DNA from: Candidatus Hydrogenedentota bacterium
Lineage (GTDB): Bacteria; Hydrogenedentota; Hydrogenedentia; Hydrogenedentales; SLHB01
Direction: 5' to 3'
Assembly: GCA_963745075.1 (NCBI GenBank)
Contig: CAVUWV010000010.1
Coordinates: 440,543 to 504,542 of the forward strand
Length of the DNA: 64,000 nt
Shown here in pieces: positions 29,769 to 40,170 of this stretch. Positions within the stretch are counted from its first letter, which is position 1. Every line of letters starts with the position of its first letter. Both the position numbers and the translations under genes were made by a program. Under the pieces are notes generated by a model that did not search any database, had not been told where the DNA came from, and saw only the letters and a list, made by a program, of their open reading frames with translations.

Positions 29769-30719
29769 CTATCGCTCCGGGGCCGGCTGCCGGGTGTTCT
29801 CGAGTTTGCGGAGCTTCTTGATAACGGCATGCCATCCCTCCCGCACACTGGGGTACTTGGGCGCCCAATTGCAGTGTTCCCGGAGTTTTCGATTCGAGAT
29901 TCGCAGCGATCGCGATAAGGTTTCGCCGACCGAGCCGAACAACTTCGCGGTCCAGGCCGGCGGCAGTTTCGGCGGTGGGACCCCCATCTCGTGGGCCAGC
30001 AGGTCGAAGTATTCGCGCCGCCGGACCGGTTGGTCATCTGTCACGTTGTAAACGCCCGCATCCGCATCAAGTACCGCAGCCACCGCGTTCGCGCTGTCAC
30101 GGTGCGCTATCGACGAAACGAATCCCTGCGGGTCACCCGGAAACAAGGCCCAACCGTGGCGCAAGCTACGCATCATGTCGTGCGTTTGAAACGCGTCGGA
30201 ACCGTAAAACAAAGCAAACCGCAGAATGATCCCTTTGCGCCCCCGTTCCGTAAACCGGTGCGCCGCCTCTTCCGCGTCCAGAATGGACCGGTTGTACCGC
30301 GTAGGCAAAATGCCCATGTTTTCGTCAATCCACTGGTCGCCGCAGTCCTCGTAGACTGGGGCGAACGATTCTTGAACGTACCGTTCGACGCCGCCGGCCA
30401 GGCACGCGTCCACCAGGATGGACGACGCGAAGGTTCGGAGCCGGTCGTTTTCACGGAAGGCGCCCGGAATAAGCGCGTGCAGAGAACTCGAGGGGATATG
30501 GGTGGCGAGGTTAACGACGGCGTCATGCCCGGCAACGGAGCGACGAACGGAGGCGGCGTCGAAGAGGTCCACTTCGACGGGCCGGGCACCCTTGAGTTCA
30601 AGGCCAAGGCGCTTCTTCGTGGTCCGGCCCACGGCGGTAACGTCGTGTCCTGCAGCGAGTAATTGCGGGATGAGCCGTTTACCCACGACCCCGGTGGCTC
30701 CAGCGACGAATATTTTCAT
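29769..30719 (-). CDS. NAD-dependent epimerase/dehydratase (extended SDR)
   Basis: VAGATGVVG, DAVVNLAT, LRFALFYG, YNVTDD. Confidence 0.9.
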   Translation of the reverse strand: MKIFVAGATGVVGKRLIPQLLAAGHDVTAVGRTTKKRLGLELKGARPVEVDLFDAASVRRSVAGHDAVVNLATHIPSSSLHALIPGAFRENDRLRTFASSILVDACLAGGVERYVQESFAPVYEDCGDQWIDENMGILPTRYNRSILDAEEAAHRFTERGRKGIILRFALFYGSDAFQTHDMMRSLRHGWALFPGDPQGFVSSIAHRDSANAVAAVLDADAGVYNVTDDQPVRRREYFDLLAHEMGVPPPKLPPAWTAKLFGSVGETLSRSLRISNRKLREHCNWAPKYPSVREGWHAVIKKLRKLENTRQPAPER

Positions 30720-30814
30720 GGCGGAACTCCCCAGCCCGGAAATCTCCCACGCACCAAACGCCGGATCTATAACCCCAGTCCGCTCCGGGGCTTCACATAC
30801 CCGTCCGAGCGTTC

Positions 30815-30944
30815 GGGGCTGACCGAGTCGTGTGAGAATTCCACACTCGTGATCCTATAGCCCTTCTCGAAAACATTTCTCACCGCAGCCCAAGGTACCG
30901 GTCTGCACGTCGACGCCTTTCCGGCGGTGAGAAATGCGGACTAG
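30815..30944 (-). repeat. Family A element, copy 2 (inverted relative to copy 1)
   Basis: Reverse complement reads cgcatttctcaccgcc...gcggtgagaaatgttttcgagaag...ggaattctcacacg. Confidence 0.75.
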
Positions 30945-31176
30945 CCGCGCGAGCCTATCCGTGCTCTCTCCGGCGTTTCAAATTTGGCAGTTTTGGTGGA
31001 ATTCGTCCCTCATGCGACGCGATATACGGTGCACCGTCTTCTAGGAAACGAAATGGCAGCGGCTATATGTTCCGCGTTGGGTTCGGTCGCCCACTGCGGG
31101 GAGCGCGAAGGGCCGAGACCAATCGCAGGACTTCCGCGTAGCCAATGTGGCATTCTTTCGCATGAAGGAGGGGGAC

Positions 31177-33777
31177 ATGAAAACCGCGCTGCGATTCATG
31201 GGAGTCCTGTTGGGAATGCTCGTCCTCGGTGCTCTCGGCCCCGGGTGGCGGGGCGCGTTGGACTTGGCACGCGCCGAACCCGCTGCAGCTCCGTCTCCGG
31301 AGTTCTTATTGGTTGACGGTGGGCAAAGTTCGTACCAGATCGTGCTTTCGTCCTTGGCGGGAGAGCCGAGTGCGTCTGAACGGCGCGCCGCGGAGGAACT
31401 GCAAGCATCTGTGAAAGCGGTGACCGGCGCGCAGCTACCGATCGTGGACGTGCCGCCGTCCGATGGGAACGCGCCCACCATCGTGCTGGGCGCCGGGGCC
31501 GAGGCCCAGCGCTTGGGCGTCAACCCGAGTGCGGACGACCTGGGCGAGCAAGGCTACGTGATGCGAACGGTGGGACCGCACCTCGTCATTGCAGGCACAC
31601 CGGGTGCAGGCACGTTATACGGTGTCTACGACTTCATCGAACGCTCTCTCGGAATGCGCTGGTATGCGCCCGGCGTAACGAAGATCCCTCATCTCGAAAC
31701 CCTGCCGCTACCGCAAATCGACGAATCGATCCGGCCGGCCTTTGCCTGGCGGCACACCAGCTACACGTGGCCGGGCCGCGACGCGGATTTCAACGCACAC
31801 GTGCGGGACAATTCGGGATCGGGTGGTCCCGACGATTCCACCGGGATCCAATACGCCTTCGACGGCACATGCCACAGCTATTTTCGGTTTATCAGTCCCG
31901 ATGAATACTTCGCCGATCACCCGGAGTATTTCTCCGAGATCGGCGGTTTCCGCCGCCAGGACGAAACGCAGCTTTGCCTCACCAATCCCGACGTGCTGGA
32001 AATCGTGACCGAGAAGATGCTCAAACGCATGGCAGACATGCCCGGCGTGCGCCAGCACAATTTTTCGCAGATGGATTGGTACAACTTCTGCCAATGCGAC
32101 CGCTGCCGGGCTATCGACGAACAATACGGTACGCCGGGAGCGACGCAGTTCTGGTTTGTGAATCAACTTGCCGAACGCACGGCGAAGGTATTCCCCGACA
32201 AGCTAATCGGCACGCTTGCCTATATGTATACCGAAGAGTACCCGAAGGGCATGAAGATACACCCCAACGTAGCGGTTTGGTTGTGCCATATGTTCCCCTC
32301 GTGCGACAGCCACCCGATTGCGACCTGCCCGCTCGAGGCTGCATACAAGCACCGCGCACTCGAGTGGTCGGAGAACTGCAACCACCTGTACATCTGGCAT
32401 TACGTGGTCGACTTCGCCCACTACTACGAACCCTTTCCCAACTTCCGTGCCATGGCGGCCGACATGCAGTTCTACAAGCAGATCGGTGTCGAGGGCATCT
32501 ACCTGCAAGCCATGGGCCACGGCGGCGGCGGCGGCGAATTCAGCCTCTTGCGGGGATACTACGGCATGAAGTTGCTCTGGGATCCCGGGCAGGATGCCGA
32601 CGCGATTCTTCGCGACTTCCTTCAGGGGTACTACGGCACCGCGTCCGAACCCATTTGGCAATACATCACCATGATCCACGACAAGGTGGACAACGAAAAC
32701 ATCCACATGCACCTGTACACGAATCCCGCTCAGGGGTATTTGCCGGACGGCTTGCTGCAGACCGCCGGGGAACTTTTCGACCTAGCCGAAGAAACGGTCA
32801 AGGACGATCCGGAACTGCTGGAACGGGTTCGGGTCGCGCGCATGCCGCTTACCTATGCGCGCATCTTTCCGCGCAACGGGTACACCCTCGAAAACGGGAC
32901 GCTGCGATTCGACGGCGACGTCGCGAGCATGGCGGAAACGACGGAATTCATCGAGCGAATGAAGAGCCACGGCTTCCAGACGATTCGCGAGCGCGGCGGC
33001 GACCCGCAACAATTGACGATGTGGTCCCTTGTGGGTGCGATGGGCCTTCCGTACGAGCGCATCACCAACGGCCATCTGATCGTTGACGTTGTACCGGCCT
33101 TCGGCGGACGGGCGCTTCGCATCATTCACCGCGACTCTGCGGAATGCGTTACCGCGTACGACACCACGCGCAATCTCTATTTCCCCTTCGCCGGCGGAGA
33201 GGAAACCCGTATGGGGACCGCATTCGAAGCGCCCCAAGGCACGTCGCTGGTTCCCTTCAGCATTGTGGAACGCACGGACGACGCCATTACACTGGAGGCA
33301 ACCTTCGGCGGCGTAACATTGCGGCGCATTCTCACGCTCGCAGCGAATTCGCCGGTGCTAACGGTTACAAACGAAGTTACAAATCGAACGGATAAGCCGA
33401 AGCTCGTCTTAATCCACAGCCATCTCGAACTCCAGCTCGGCGACCTCATGAAAACCCGCGTCGCCTTTGTCAACCGCGGCGGCGAGAATGTGATGCGCGA
33501 CATGCAACCCATCGTGGACGGGCTGCGCGAGGGCGAGGCCTACCGGGATCGCAACACCCCCAACGGCGCGTGGACTTTTACGGGAAGTAAAGGACTCCAA
33601 GTGACGCAGCGGTTCGATCCCGGACAAATGGACTTCACGTGGCTCTGCGCGTTCCCGCAAACCCTGAACGAACTCGAAGTCGAGGCCTGGGCGAAAGGTG
33701 TAACGCTGCCGCCGGGCGATACGTTGTCGTTCACCAACTCCCTGGAAGTCGGATACGTAGATGCCGATGGAGACTGA
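31177..33777 (+). CDS. DUF4838 glycoside-hydrolase-like secreted protein with C-terminal beta-sandwich
   Basis: Signal peptide; GH20/GH67-like N domain (AAEEL, GEQGY, GTLYGVYDF); HPEYF, QLCLTNP, CQCDRC, LAY, LLWDP. Confidence 0.8.
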   Translation: MKTALRFMGVLLGMLVLGALGPGWRGALDLARAEPAAAPSPEFLLVDGGQSSYQIVLSSLAGEPSASERRAAEELQASVKAVTGAQLPIVDVPPSDGNAPTIVLGAGAEAQRLGVNPSADDLGEQGYVMRTVGPHLVIAGTPGAGTLYGVYDFIERSLGMRWYAPGVTKIPHLETLPLPQIDESIRPAFAWRHTSYTWPGRDADFNAHVRDNSGSGGPDDSTGIQYAFDGTCHSYFRFISPDEYFADHPEYFSEIGGFRRQDETQLCLTNPDVLEIVTEKMLKRMADMPGVRQHNFSQMDWYNFCQCDRCRAIDEQYGTPGATQFWFVNQLAERTAKVFPDKLIGTLAYMYTEEYPKGMKIHPNVAVWLCHMFPSCDSHPIATCPLEAAYKHRALEWSENCNHLYIWHYVVDFAHYYEPFPNFRAMAADMQFYKQIGVEGIYLQAMGHGGGGGEFSLLRGYYGMKLLWDPGQDADAILRDFLQGYYGTASEPIWQYITMIHDKVDNENIHMHLYTNPAQGYLPDGLLQTAGELFDLAEETVKDDPELLERVRVARMPLTYARIFPRNGYTLENGTLRFDGDVASMAETTEFIERMKSHGFQTIRERGGDPQQLTMWSLVGAMGLPYERITNGHLIVDVVPAFGGRALRIIHRDSAECVTAYDTTRNLYFPFAGGEETRMGTAFEAPQGTSLVPFSIVERTDDAITLEATFGGVTLRRILTLAANSPVLTVTNEVTNRTDKPKLVLIHSHLELQLGDLMKTRVAFVNRGGENVMRDMQPIVDGLREGEAYRDRNTPNGAWTFTGSKGLQVTQRFDPGQMDFTWLCAFPQTLNELEVEAWAKGVTLPPGDTLSFTNSLEVGYVDADGD

Positions 33778-33820
33778 GACCCGTAGCCCATATCGACCAT
33801 AAAGTCCACACAGCAAAAAC

Positions 33821-33856
33821 AATCGCCCCGGCGCCGTTCATCGCTCCGGGGCGATT
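33821..33856. terminator. Bidirectional terminator hairpin
   Basis: aatcgccccgg...ccggggcgatt between convergent genes, with A/T-rich flanks. Confidence 0.65.
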
Positions 33857-33874
33857 CAATTTCGCGCGGGAGTG

Positions 33875-34360
33875 TTACGCGGCGTTGTACGCTTTCTCGA
33901 AGTCGTCGATCAGGCCGCGTAACGCTTTTGTGTTTTCGAGGTCGGTGGTTTGTTTGCATTTCATCGCCGTGACCAGCATCTTGTGACAGAGCGTGAGGTG
34001 GTTCACGTACTTCTCATTCTCTGCCGCGTCGCCGCTTGCCGGCGTCTTGATGCGCTGCTGCAGGAAGTAGTAGGTCACCACCTCCGCCAATTCATCCGCG
34101 TGGTCGTCTTTGTTCATGACCCAGCGCACGAGTTGATTCGTGTTCTTGCCCGGTTCGGCCGACAGCTCATTAATTTCGTTCATGGATTTCTCGATGGTCG
34201 TCACGTGCTCGCGCATTTGGGCGAACCGCGCGGCGTCGTCGTAGATCCCGCAGGGGATCTGACAGTGGGCAAAGGTGACCTGAGGGATGAACAACGCCGC
34301 CGCAACGGCGACCGCGCCCAGCGTAACAGCAGTAGCGAAAACCTTCTTGCGCTTCGTCAT
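33875..34360 (-). CDS. sodN: Nickel superoxide dismutase with signal peptide
   Basis: Ni-hook HCQIPCGIYD directly follows a basic-hydrophobic leader ending TFA; NQLVRWV..K. Confidence 0.9.
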   Translation of the reverse strand: MTKRKKVFATAVTLGAVAVAAALFIPQVTFAHCQIPCGIYDDAARFAQMREHVTTIEKSMNEINELSAEPGKNTNQLVRWVMNKDDHADELAEVVTYYFLQQRIKTPASGDAAENEKYVNHLTLCHKMLVTAMKCKQTTDLENTKALRGLIDDFEKAYNAA

Positions 34361-34555
34361 GAAAAGTTCCTCCTTCGTTAATTGCAGTTACCGTTAGACC
34401 GGCCTCATGCCGATAGCGAGTATTTGGGTACGACCGTTAAGAACACCACACGCCGATGAAATATTCAAGAAGTTTACGGCCGACGAATCACCGTCGTCTT
34501 GCGACCGAACGGAGCGCTGGGCTATGGTGAACGTCCTGGAATGAGGGTGCCACTC

Positions 34556-36001
34556 ATGTGCAAATTGCCGGTGGTGACTGGGGTCTTGGCGGTTATTCTC
34601 TGTTCTGCGCCGTGGGCGAAAGCGGGATCGCTCCACACGGAAACGTTTGACCGCGATCCGCGTTGGGACGGGCTGAACAATCGGTCGGAAGCGTTCGAGA
34701 AGCGCGTTATCGTGCAGGATTTCGGTTACGCCCCGGACGTTCGCGTGGGGGAAAGCCCGGGCGCCATCGGCGGTCTGGTCACCCCCATCGGGGTTCCCTC
34801 GTATTATGCGAAGCCGGTTCCAGCCCGTGGCTACGATACGCCGTTCAGCGCCTCGGGCACGATCCGCGTCGAACCGGGCCCGGGCAACACCCTCTTCGGT
34901 TTCTTCAACGCCGACACGCTCAATGAATGGCGCACGCCGAATTCGTTGGTCTTCCGGATATATGGACGTGGGGACGTTTTTCACGTTCACGTCGAATACA
35001 TGACATCGAAGTGGCGCGCGGGCGCGGGCGTCATCGGCCGCGTGGACAAAGCGGCGGACCGCGTGTATCCACTGGAGATCGCAAGTGGAACTCTCCATAC
35101 CTGGTCGCTTTCGTACGATCCGTCAAGCGCCGACGGGTGCGGCGAAATCGTCGCGACATTCGATGACGTGCGCGCGGTGTGTGCGCTAACGGAAGCGCAC
35201 CGGTCCGATGGAGCAACGTTCAATCGCTTCGGCATACTCGACGTTATCAAACATGCGGACGGTCCCGGCAGGTTATGGCTTGGCGATCTGATGATCGATG
35301 GCGAACGACAGGATCTGAGTCGTGATCCGCGCTGGAAGGGCGTCGGGAATCGCACGCGGTTTGAGAGCAGCGACGTGCGGCCGCGTTTCGATTTCGGGTA
35401 TAGCCCGACGCACTACGCGGGCGGCAAGGCCGGCGAAGTCGGCGGCTTGTTCTTTCGCGGCGATTGCCGGTATCCCGAACGGCTGGCATATTACGGCGCG
35501 CCAACCAAACCACTGAATCTCGAAAGCACACTGCACGCCGAAGGCAAACTCGCACTCTGCCGCGGCGTGACCGACAGCACCACGCTGTTTGGTTTCTTCA
35601 ATTCCGCGAGTAGTGTATTGGTAAATGATTCCCAGCAGTACGCCGACCCCATGGACGTTCTCGGCATCGCCATCGAGGGTCCGTCCTCGGAAGGGTTCTT
35701 CGTGTATCCCGTCTACCGCGTGCACGGTGACGGCCACGCCGCGGGACGCGTCGCCGGAGCGAAGAACATTTACCCCGACGGCGCCGTGCACGCCTGGGCG
35801 TTGGATTATGCGCCCGGGAAGGCGAGCGACGAGGCACGCATTACACTTACCGTCGATGATGTGACGGTCGATTTGCCCGTAGAATCGGATCACCTGAAGG
35901 AAGGCGCGACCTTCGATCGGTTCGGTTTCGTAACGCCGTGGATTGATGGAAACGGGCAGGTGGTTTACTTCGACGATCTGACCTTTACGGTCGAGCAATA
36001 G
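34556..36001 (+). CDS. Secreted hypothetical protein with internal duplication
   Basis: Signal peptide; RDPRW.G..NR, DFGY.P, TLFGFFN and GATF.RFG each occur twice. Confidence 0.75.
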   Translation: MCKLPVVTGVLAVILCSAPWAKAGSLHTETFDRDPRWDGLNNRSEAFEKRVIVQDFGYAPDVRVGESPGAIGGLVTPIGVPSYYAKPVPARGYDTPFSASGTIRVEPGPGNTLFGFFNADTLNEWRTPNSLVFRIYGRGDVFHVHVEYMTSKWRAGAGVIGRVDKAADRVYPLEIASGTLHTWSLSYDPSSADGCGEIVATFDDVRAVCALTEAHRSDGATFNRFGILDVIKHADGPGRLWLGDLMIDGERQDLSRDPRWKGVGNRTRFESSDVRPRFDFGYSPTHYAGGKAGEVGGLFFRGDCRYPERLAYYGAPTKPLNLESTLHAEGKLALCRGVTDSTTLFGFFNSASSVLVNDSQQYADPMDVLGIAIEGPSSEGFFVYPVYRVHGDGHAAGRVAGAKNIYPDGAVHAWALDYAPGKASDEARITLTVDDVTVDLPVESDHLKEGATFDRFGFVTPWIDGNGQVVYFDDLTFTVEQ

Positions 36002-36097
36002 CAGAGTTCCCGGAATTCATTTGGTCCCGTTCATCCCCGTGCATTACAATCAAGTCCCGGTGACACCCCTTTCCCCCAACGCATGAAAGACGCCTGA

Positions 36098-36781
36098 ATG
36101 AGCGACAAATCCCCCGAATCCCTGTGGAATTTGATGAACCTGTTTTTCCGCGCGCACCCGTGGCACGGCGTGTCCATTGGCGAACGTGCGCCCGAGATCG
36201 TCACGGTCTACGTCGAAATGACGCCGACGGACAACGTGAAGTACGAGCTGGACAAGGAAAGCGGCCTATTGAAAGTGGACCGCCCGCAACGGTATTCGAG
36301 CGTATGCCCGACGCTATACGGATTCGTGCCGCAGACCTATTCCGGCGATTTGTCGGCGGAGTTGTGCCGGGAGAAAACCGGGCGCAAGGATATCGTCGGC
36401 GATAGCGACCCGTTAGATATCTGCGTGTTGTCCGAAAAGCCGATCCGGAAAAGCAACGTCCTGCTGCGGGCCATCCCCATCGGCGGACTGCGCATGCTCG
36501 ACGGCAATGAGGCCGACGACAAAATCATCGCCGCCATGGTCGACGACGAGACCTTTGGCGAAATGAGCCGGATCGAGGAGTGCCCGTCGCGGCTGGTGGA
36601 TCGCATGCGCCACTACTTCCTGACCTATAAACAGGCCCCTGATGCGGTCGACAAAGTTTGTGAGATCACCCACGTCTACGGCCGCGAAGAAGCCCAAGAA
36701 GTTATTCGCCGCGCCCAGGAGGATTACCACCGCCGCTACCCCGACATGGCGACAAGACTCGCCGCCGCGTTGAAAGGCTGA
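36098..36781 (+). CDS. ppa: Family I inorganic pyrophosphatase
   Basis: HPWHG, KYELDK, VDR, YGFVPQT, DSDPLD, DDKII, YK. Confidence 0.95.
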   Translation: MSDKSPESLWNLMNLFFRAHPWHGVSIGERAPEIVTVYVEMTPTDNVKYELDKESGLLKVDRPQRYSSVCPTLYGFVPQTYSGDLSAELCREKTGRKDIVGDSDPLDICVLSEKPIRKSNVLLRAIPIGGLRMLDGNEADDKIIAAMVDDETFGEMSRIEECPSRLVDRMRHYFLTYKQAPDAVDKVCEITHVYGREEAQEVIRRAQEDYHRRYPDMATRLAAALKG

Positions 36782-36800
36782 GGCGGATACGTCGTTCTCG

Positions 36801-37355
36801 TTACTTGTGCTGCGGTTCCTGCTCCCGGCATTGGCCGTGGCGATGGCCGTGCTGACCGCCGCCACCGTGTCCCCCGCCATGACCGCAGCATTCGCCGTGA
36901 TGGTGGCGTTCCTGGCCATGTTGGCCGGTGCAGGCGTGGCCTCGTTCTTCGGGGTCGCGGTGGAGGTTTTCGCTGGCGCAGGCCGGGCAGGTGTCCGGAC
37001 GCGGCGTGCCGCACGGCACGGCGAAACGGTGGTTGCATTCGGAACAGATGAAATGTCGATCGCGTTTCATGGCGATGGTTCCCCCTTCGACTCGTACCGC
37101 CAAGCCATGGACCAGCGCTTGCGCAACCTTTCGGCGGGCGCCTTCGATGAGCCGGCCAAAGGTTGCCCGCGATACGTTGATCTGCTTCGCGGCATCCCCG
37201 TGGTAGAGCCCCTCCAAATCCCCCAGGCGAAGGGCTTCCAACTCATCCAGGCGCAGCGTCACCGCGTCCATCTCCCGGACCGGAATTCCGGCGGGCTTGA
37301 ACACCCGTGCAGGCGGGTCTGCGCCGATCCATCGGCATTTGTGTGGTCGAGCCAT
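36801..37355 (-). CDS. DUF134 DNA-binding protein with zinc ribbon and His/Cys/Gly-rich tail
   Basis: MARP.K.R, FKPAG, ELEALRLGD, VSRATF, ARRKVA; CSEC...CPAC; tail HHHGECCGH. Confidence 0.88.
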   Translation of the reverse strand: MARPHKCRWIGADPPARVFKPAGIPVREMDAVTLRLDELEALRLGDLEGLYHGDAAKQINVSRATFGRLIEGARRKVAQALVHGLAVRVEGGTIAMKRDRHFICSECNHRFAVPCGTPRPDTCPACASENLHRDPEERGHACTGQHGQERHHHGECCGHGGGHGGGGQHGHRHGQCREQEPQHK

Positions 37356-37377
37356 GGTTGATAGCTTTCAGTTTCTA

Positions 37378-37397
37378 TTATGAGTATATGCTCATAA
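37378..37397. promoter_or_regulatory. Palindromic operator upstream of the DUF134 gene
   Basis: TTATGAGTATATGCTCATAA, a 20-bp palindrome with one mismatch, 22 bp upstream of the start codon. Confidence 0.7.
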
Positions 37398-37463
37398 CTG
37401 TGGTTTGTCAAGGACTGGGTTTATTGCCCCCAGTCTTCCCTAGTGCTCTTTCTTGGAGAAAGA

Positions 37464-37609
37464 CACAGCCGGGGCGGCTGTGCCACACGTCTAACTCCAG
37501 TGACTCCTGATTCGGCTTCCGTGACAGAGTGCTCATCGAAAATCCATGGCTGAAACTCCGAAGACGATGTGTCAGGAATGCGAGTGTGGCACAGCCGCCC
37601 CCGGCTGTG
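37464..37609. repeat. REP doublet (family E)
   Basis: cacagccggggcggctgtgccacac ... gtgtggcacagccgcccccggctgtg. Confidence 0.85.
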
Positions 37610-37658
37610 GTCTTCCATGCCACGGGGACGAGTCTGTAATTGTCTCCTTGTGAATGCC

Positions 37659-39071
37659 TTACGCGTACTGCGCCACCACCGCCAACCCGGTGGCGACGCT
37701 GGTGAAGGTATCGCGCTGGAGGAGTTTTTCGGCCCCGAATCGGGAGGTAAGCATGCGGCGGACGGCGGGGATTAAACTGGTACCACCCGTGGTGAGGACC
37801 CGATCGATTTGGTCCGAGGTGATCCCGGCGGTCTTCTCGGCCTCGTCGATGCTGGCGAACATATCCTCGAGGGTTGGCTCGATGATGTGGGTGAACTCGG
37901 TTCGGCCCAGCTTTTCGCTGATTTGGATGGCCTCTTTGTGGATCTCGAGGTGGGCTTCCCACTCCGTGGACAACAGCTTCTTGGCGGCCTCGACCTTACG
38001 GACGAGGGGGTAGCCGTAATTCCGCTGAATCAGCGTCCGCAACGCGCGGATGGCCTCGGGCTGCGTGGAACTCACCTCCGTGGCGATAAGCCAGTTGATG
38101 ATCTCCTCCGTGTTCAGCTTGTAGAGGTTCTGCCAGTCGATAATCGAGTTATACACGTGCTGGGGCATGGGCAACTGGGCCGGACCGTATCGGGAGCGGC
38201 TCCCAAGACAGGGGAACACCTTCGCCCGGATAATCTCCTTGTCGATGGCGTCGCCCGCGATGGGGACGCCCGCCACGCCGAGGATGCGGCTTTCCGCCAG
38301 GCGTTCCGCGGCATTCTGCGCCCCGCCAAATTCCATGATGCAGATGTCGCAGGTGCCGCCGCCGATATCGACCACCATAAGCCGTTGTTTACGGTCCCGT
38401 TCGATGGCGTACTCGACGCAGGCCGCCACGGGCTCGTAGAAGAAAACCACCTCTTTGAACCCGACCAAACCGGCCGCACGGCGGAGGCGCTCCTCGGCGA
38501 CATCATCTTCACCCGGCCGCATGGAGAAATGGACCGGCCGCCCAAAAACCGCCCGCTCGACGGGTTCGCCCGCGAGGCGGTCCACGGCCTCCTTGATGGG
38601 CTGGAGAATCATGGCCGTCAGTTCTTCGATCTGATAAGTGGTGCCGAAAACCTCCGTGCCCTTAAAATCCCGATAACGGAGCGAGCTTTTGATGGACTGG
38701 AACAGCCGGCCCGGCGAATTAACCTCGACGGTCGCCCGCGCACGGACCGCTTCCCGCATGCCGTCGCCGTCTTCCCGGGGGCGGTATCCTTCCGTCTTGT
38801 CCGGCTCGGAGGCGACGTAGCCCTCGATGTCGATGCCGAGATCGACTTGCTGAAGCACGACTTCGCGATCGACGTTTCGATCGATGAAGGCGTTAGCAGC
38901 AGCACGTCCGACGATGGTTTCGCCGTCGCTCGAGATATAGAGCAGGGACGGGAGGGACTTGGGGCTGTCGTTCAAGGCGTCTACGTCGAGGACGCGGACA
39001 TCCTGATTCTCCGAAACCGCGACACTCGAATTCGAGGTCCCGAAATCAATTCCGCAGGCCAACCGTCCCAT
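37659..39071 (-). CDS. Hsp70-family protein, YegD-like (no substrate-binding domain)
   Basis: GIDFGTSNS, VFGRPV, EPVAA, DIGGGTCD, TGGTS, FTSVATGL; 470 aa. Confidence 0.9.
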   Translation of the reverse strand: MGRLACGIDFGTSNSSVAVSENQDVRVLDVDALNDSPKSLPSLLYISSDGETIVGRAAANAFIDRNVDREVVLQQVDLGIDIEGYVASEPDKTEGYRPREDGDGMREAVRARATVEVNSPGRLFQSIKSSLRYRDFKGTEVFGTTYQIEELTAMILQPIKEAVDRLAGEPVERAVFGRPVHFSMRPGEDDVAEERLRRAAGLVGFKEVVFFYEPVAACVEYAIERDRKQRLMVVDIGGGTCDICIMEFGGAQNAAERLAESRILGVAGVPIAGDAIDKEIIRAKVFPCLGSRSRYGPAQLPMPQHVYNSIIDWQNLYKLNTEEIINWLIATEVSSTQPEAIRALRTLIQRNYGYPLVRKVEAAKKLLSTEWEAHLEIHKEAIQISEKLGRTEFTHIIEPTLEDMFASIDEAEKTAGITSDQIDRVLTTGGTSLIPAVRRMLTSRFGAEKLLQRDTFTSVATGLAVVAQYA

Positions 39072-40102
39072 GCGAATACACCCACCCCGTCACGCCGACC
39101 GCCGGCGCGCTACTTACTTCAATTCCGTGGAAAACAACCCAAGCGCGGCACGCTCGATCCGCTCTCACGGATGGCGCGCGCCGCGCTGAACTTCGACAGA
39201 TAACACCACAAACCGGCAATCCATTTCTACCACGCCGGCAGATCGTATAGGACTTTATCACGTTCTCGCGCGTTCGTTACGACTGGAACCATTCCGAGAA
39301 CACTGCACCGCTCAAACTTGAACTGACGCGCCAATGTCGGAATTCCATCGTAACGCTCCACACTATAGGCCGCTGCTCGAATTTGAATCACCGGAACCAC
39401 ACCCATCCTGTACGATTCACAATAGAGCAGCCAGGACTCCGTCGCTGTGCCCTCATCACCCCAACCGGCGAGTCACGAGCGGTCCAATGCGCGCGTTTCA
39501 GGGGTTCCGCGCGCCGGCTGGAATCTCGCCAAAATGCTGCAACGCCCGAGAAAGCGATGAGTCAGGCACATCTTTGAGACCTACGGAACCAGATCGCGCA
39601 CCGGCGCAACCTCTCCCCTCCCCCTTTCTCCGTAGAGGTGTTCCGATTTGACGAACGACACTGCAACCAGGGACGACCTACGGAAAACTGCGTTGGTGTT
39701 TCACGGTTTGTTTCAGCCGCGGCAACCGTTTACACCGGATCATCTCGGTCCCGGCGCTTCCCGTTGAGATCTGAATCAACTCGTTGGAACCGTCCCGTGC
39801 CGGAATGCCAAGGGTATACCGTTTGGGACCGCAAAAACGTCCACGGGAGCATGGCGCAATGCCCAGCGAGACGGCTTCAAGACCTGATCGCTCACTCCAA
39901 CCGATCGGCAGACTACCCGCATGGCCCGTGTGAATCCGAACCGACGCGGCGGAGGTCACTGCGTGGCGCGAACCGAGTCTTGCCGGACTCGAATTAGCAG
40001 GATCGTACAGAATTGCACGGCCCAAAATCCCAGAAATATGTGGGGGACATTTTTGTGCACGTGGCGGTTGCACCAAATTGAACGGGTGCCTGACTCGCCC
40101 AA

Positions 40103-40170
40103 TGTAACGCACTGGTTACAGAATGTAATCAAAGCTTGATATTTTGCCGAATCCACAGTATGCTGCTCTC
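40103..40170 (+). promoter_or_regulatory. Sigma70 promoter with tandem operators; probable leaderless transcript
   Basis: TGTAAC-N6-GTTACA (40103-40120) and an imperfect second copy (40124-40141); TTGATA-N17-TATGCT ends 7 nt before ATG 40171. Confidence 0.6.
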
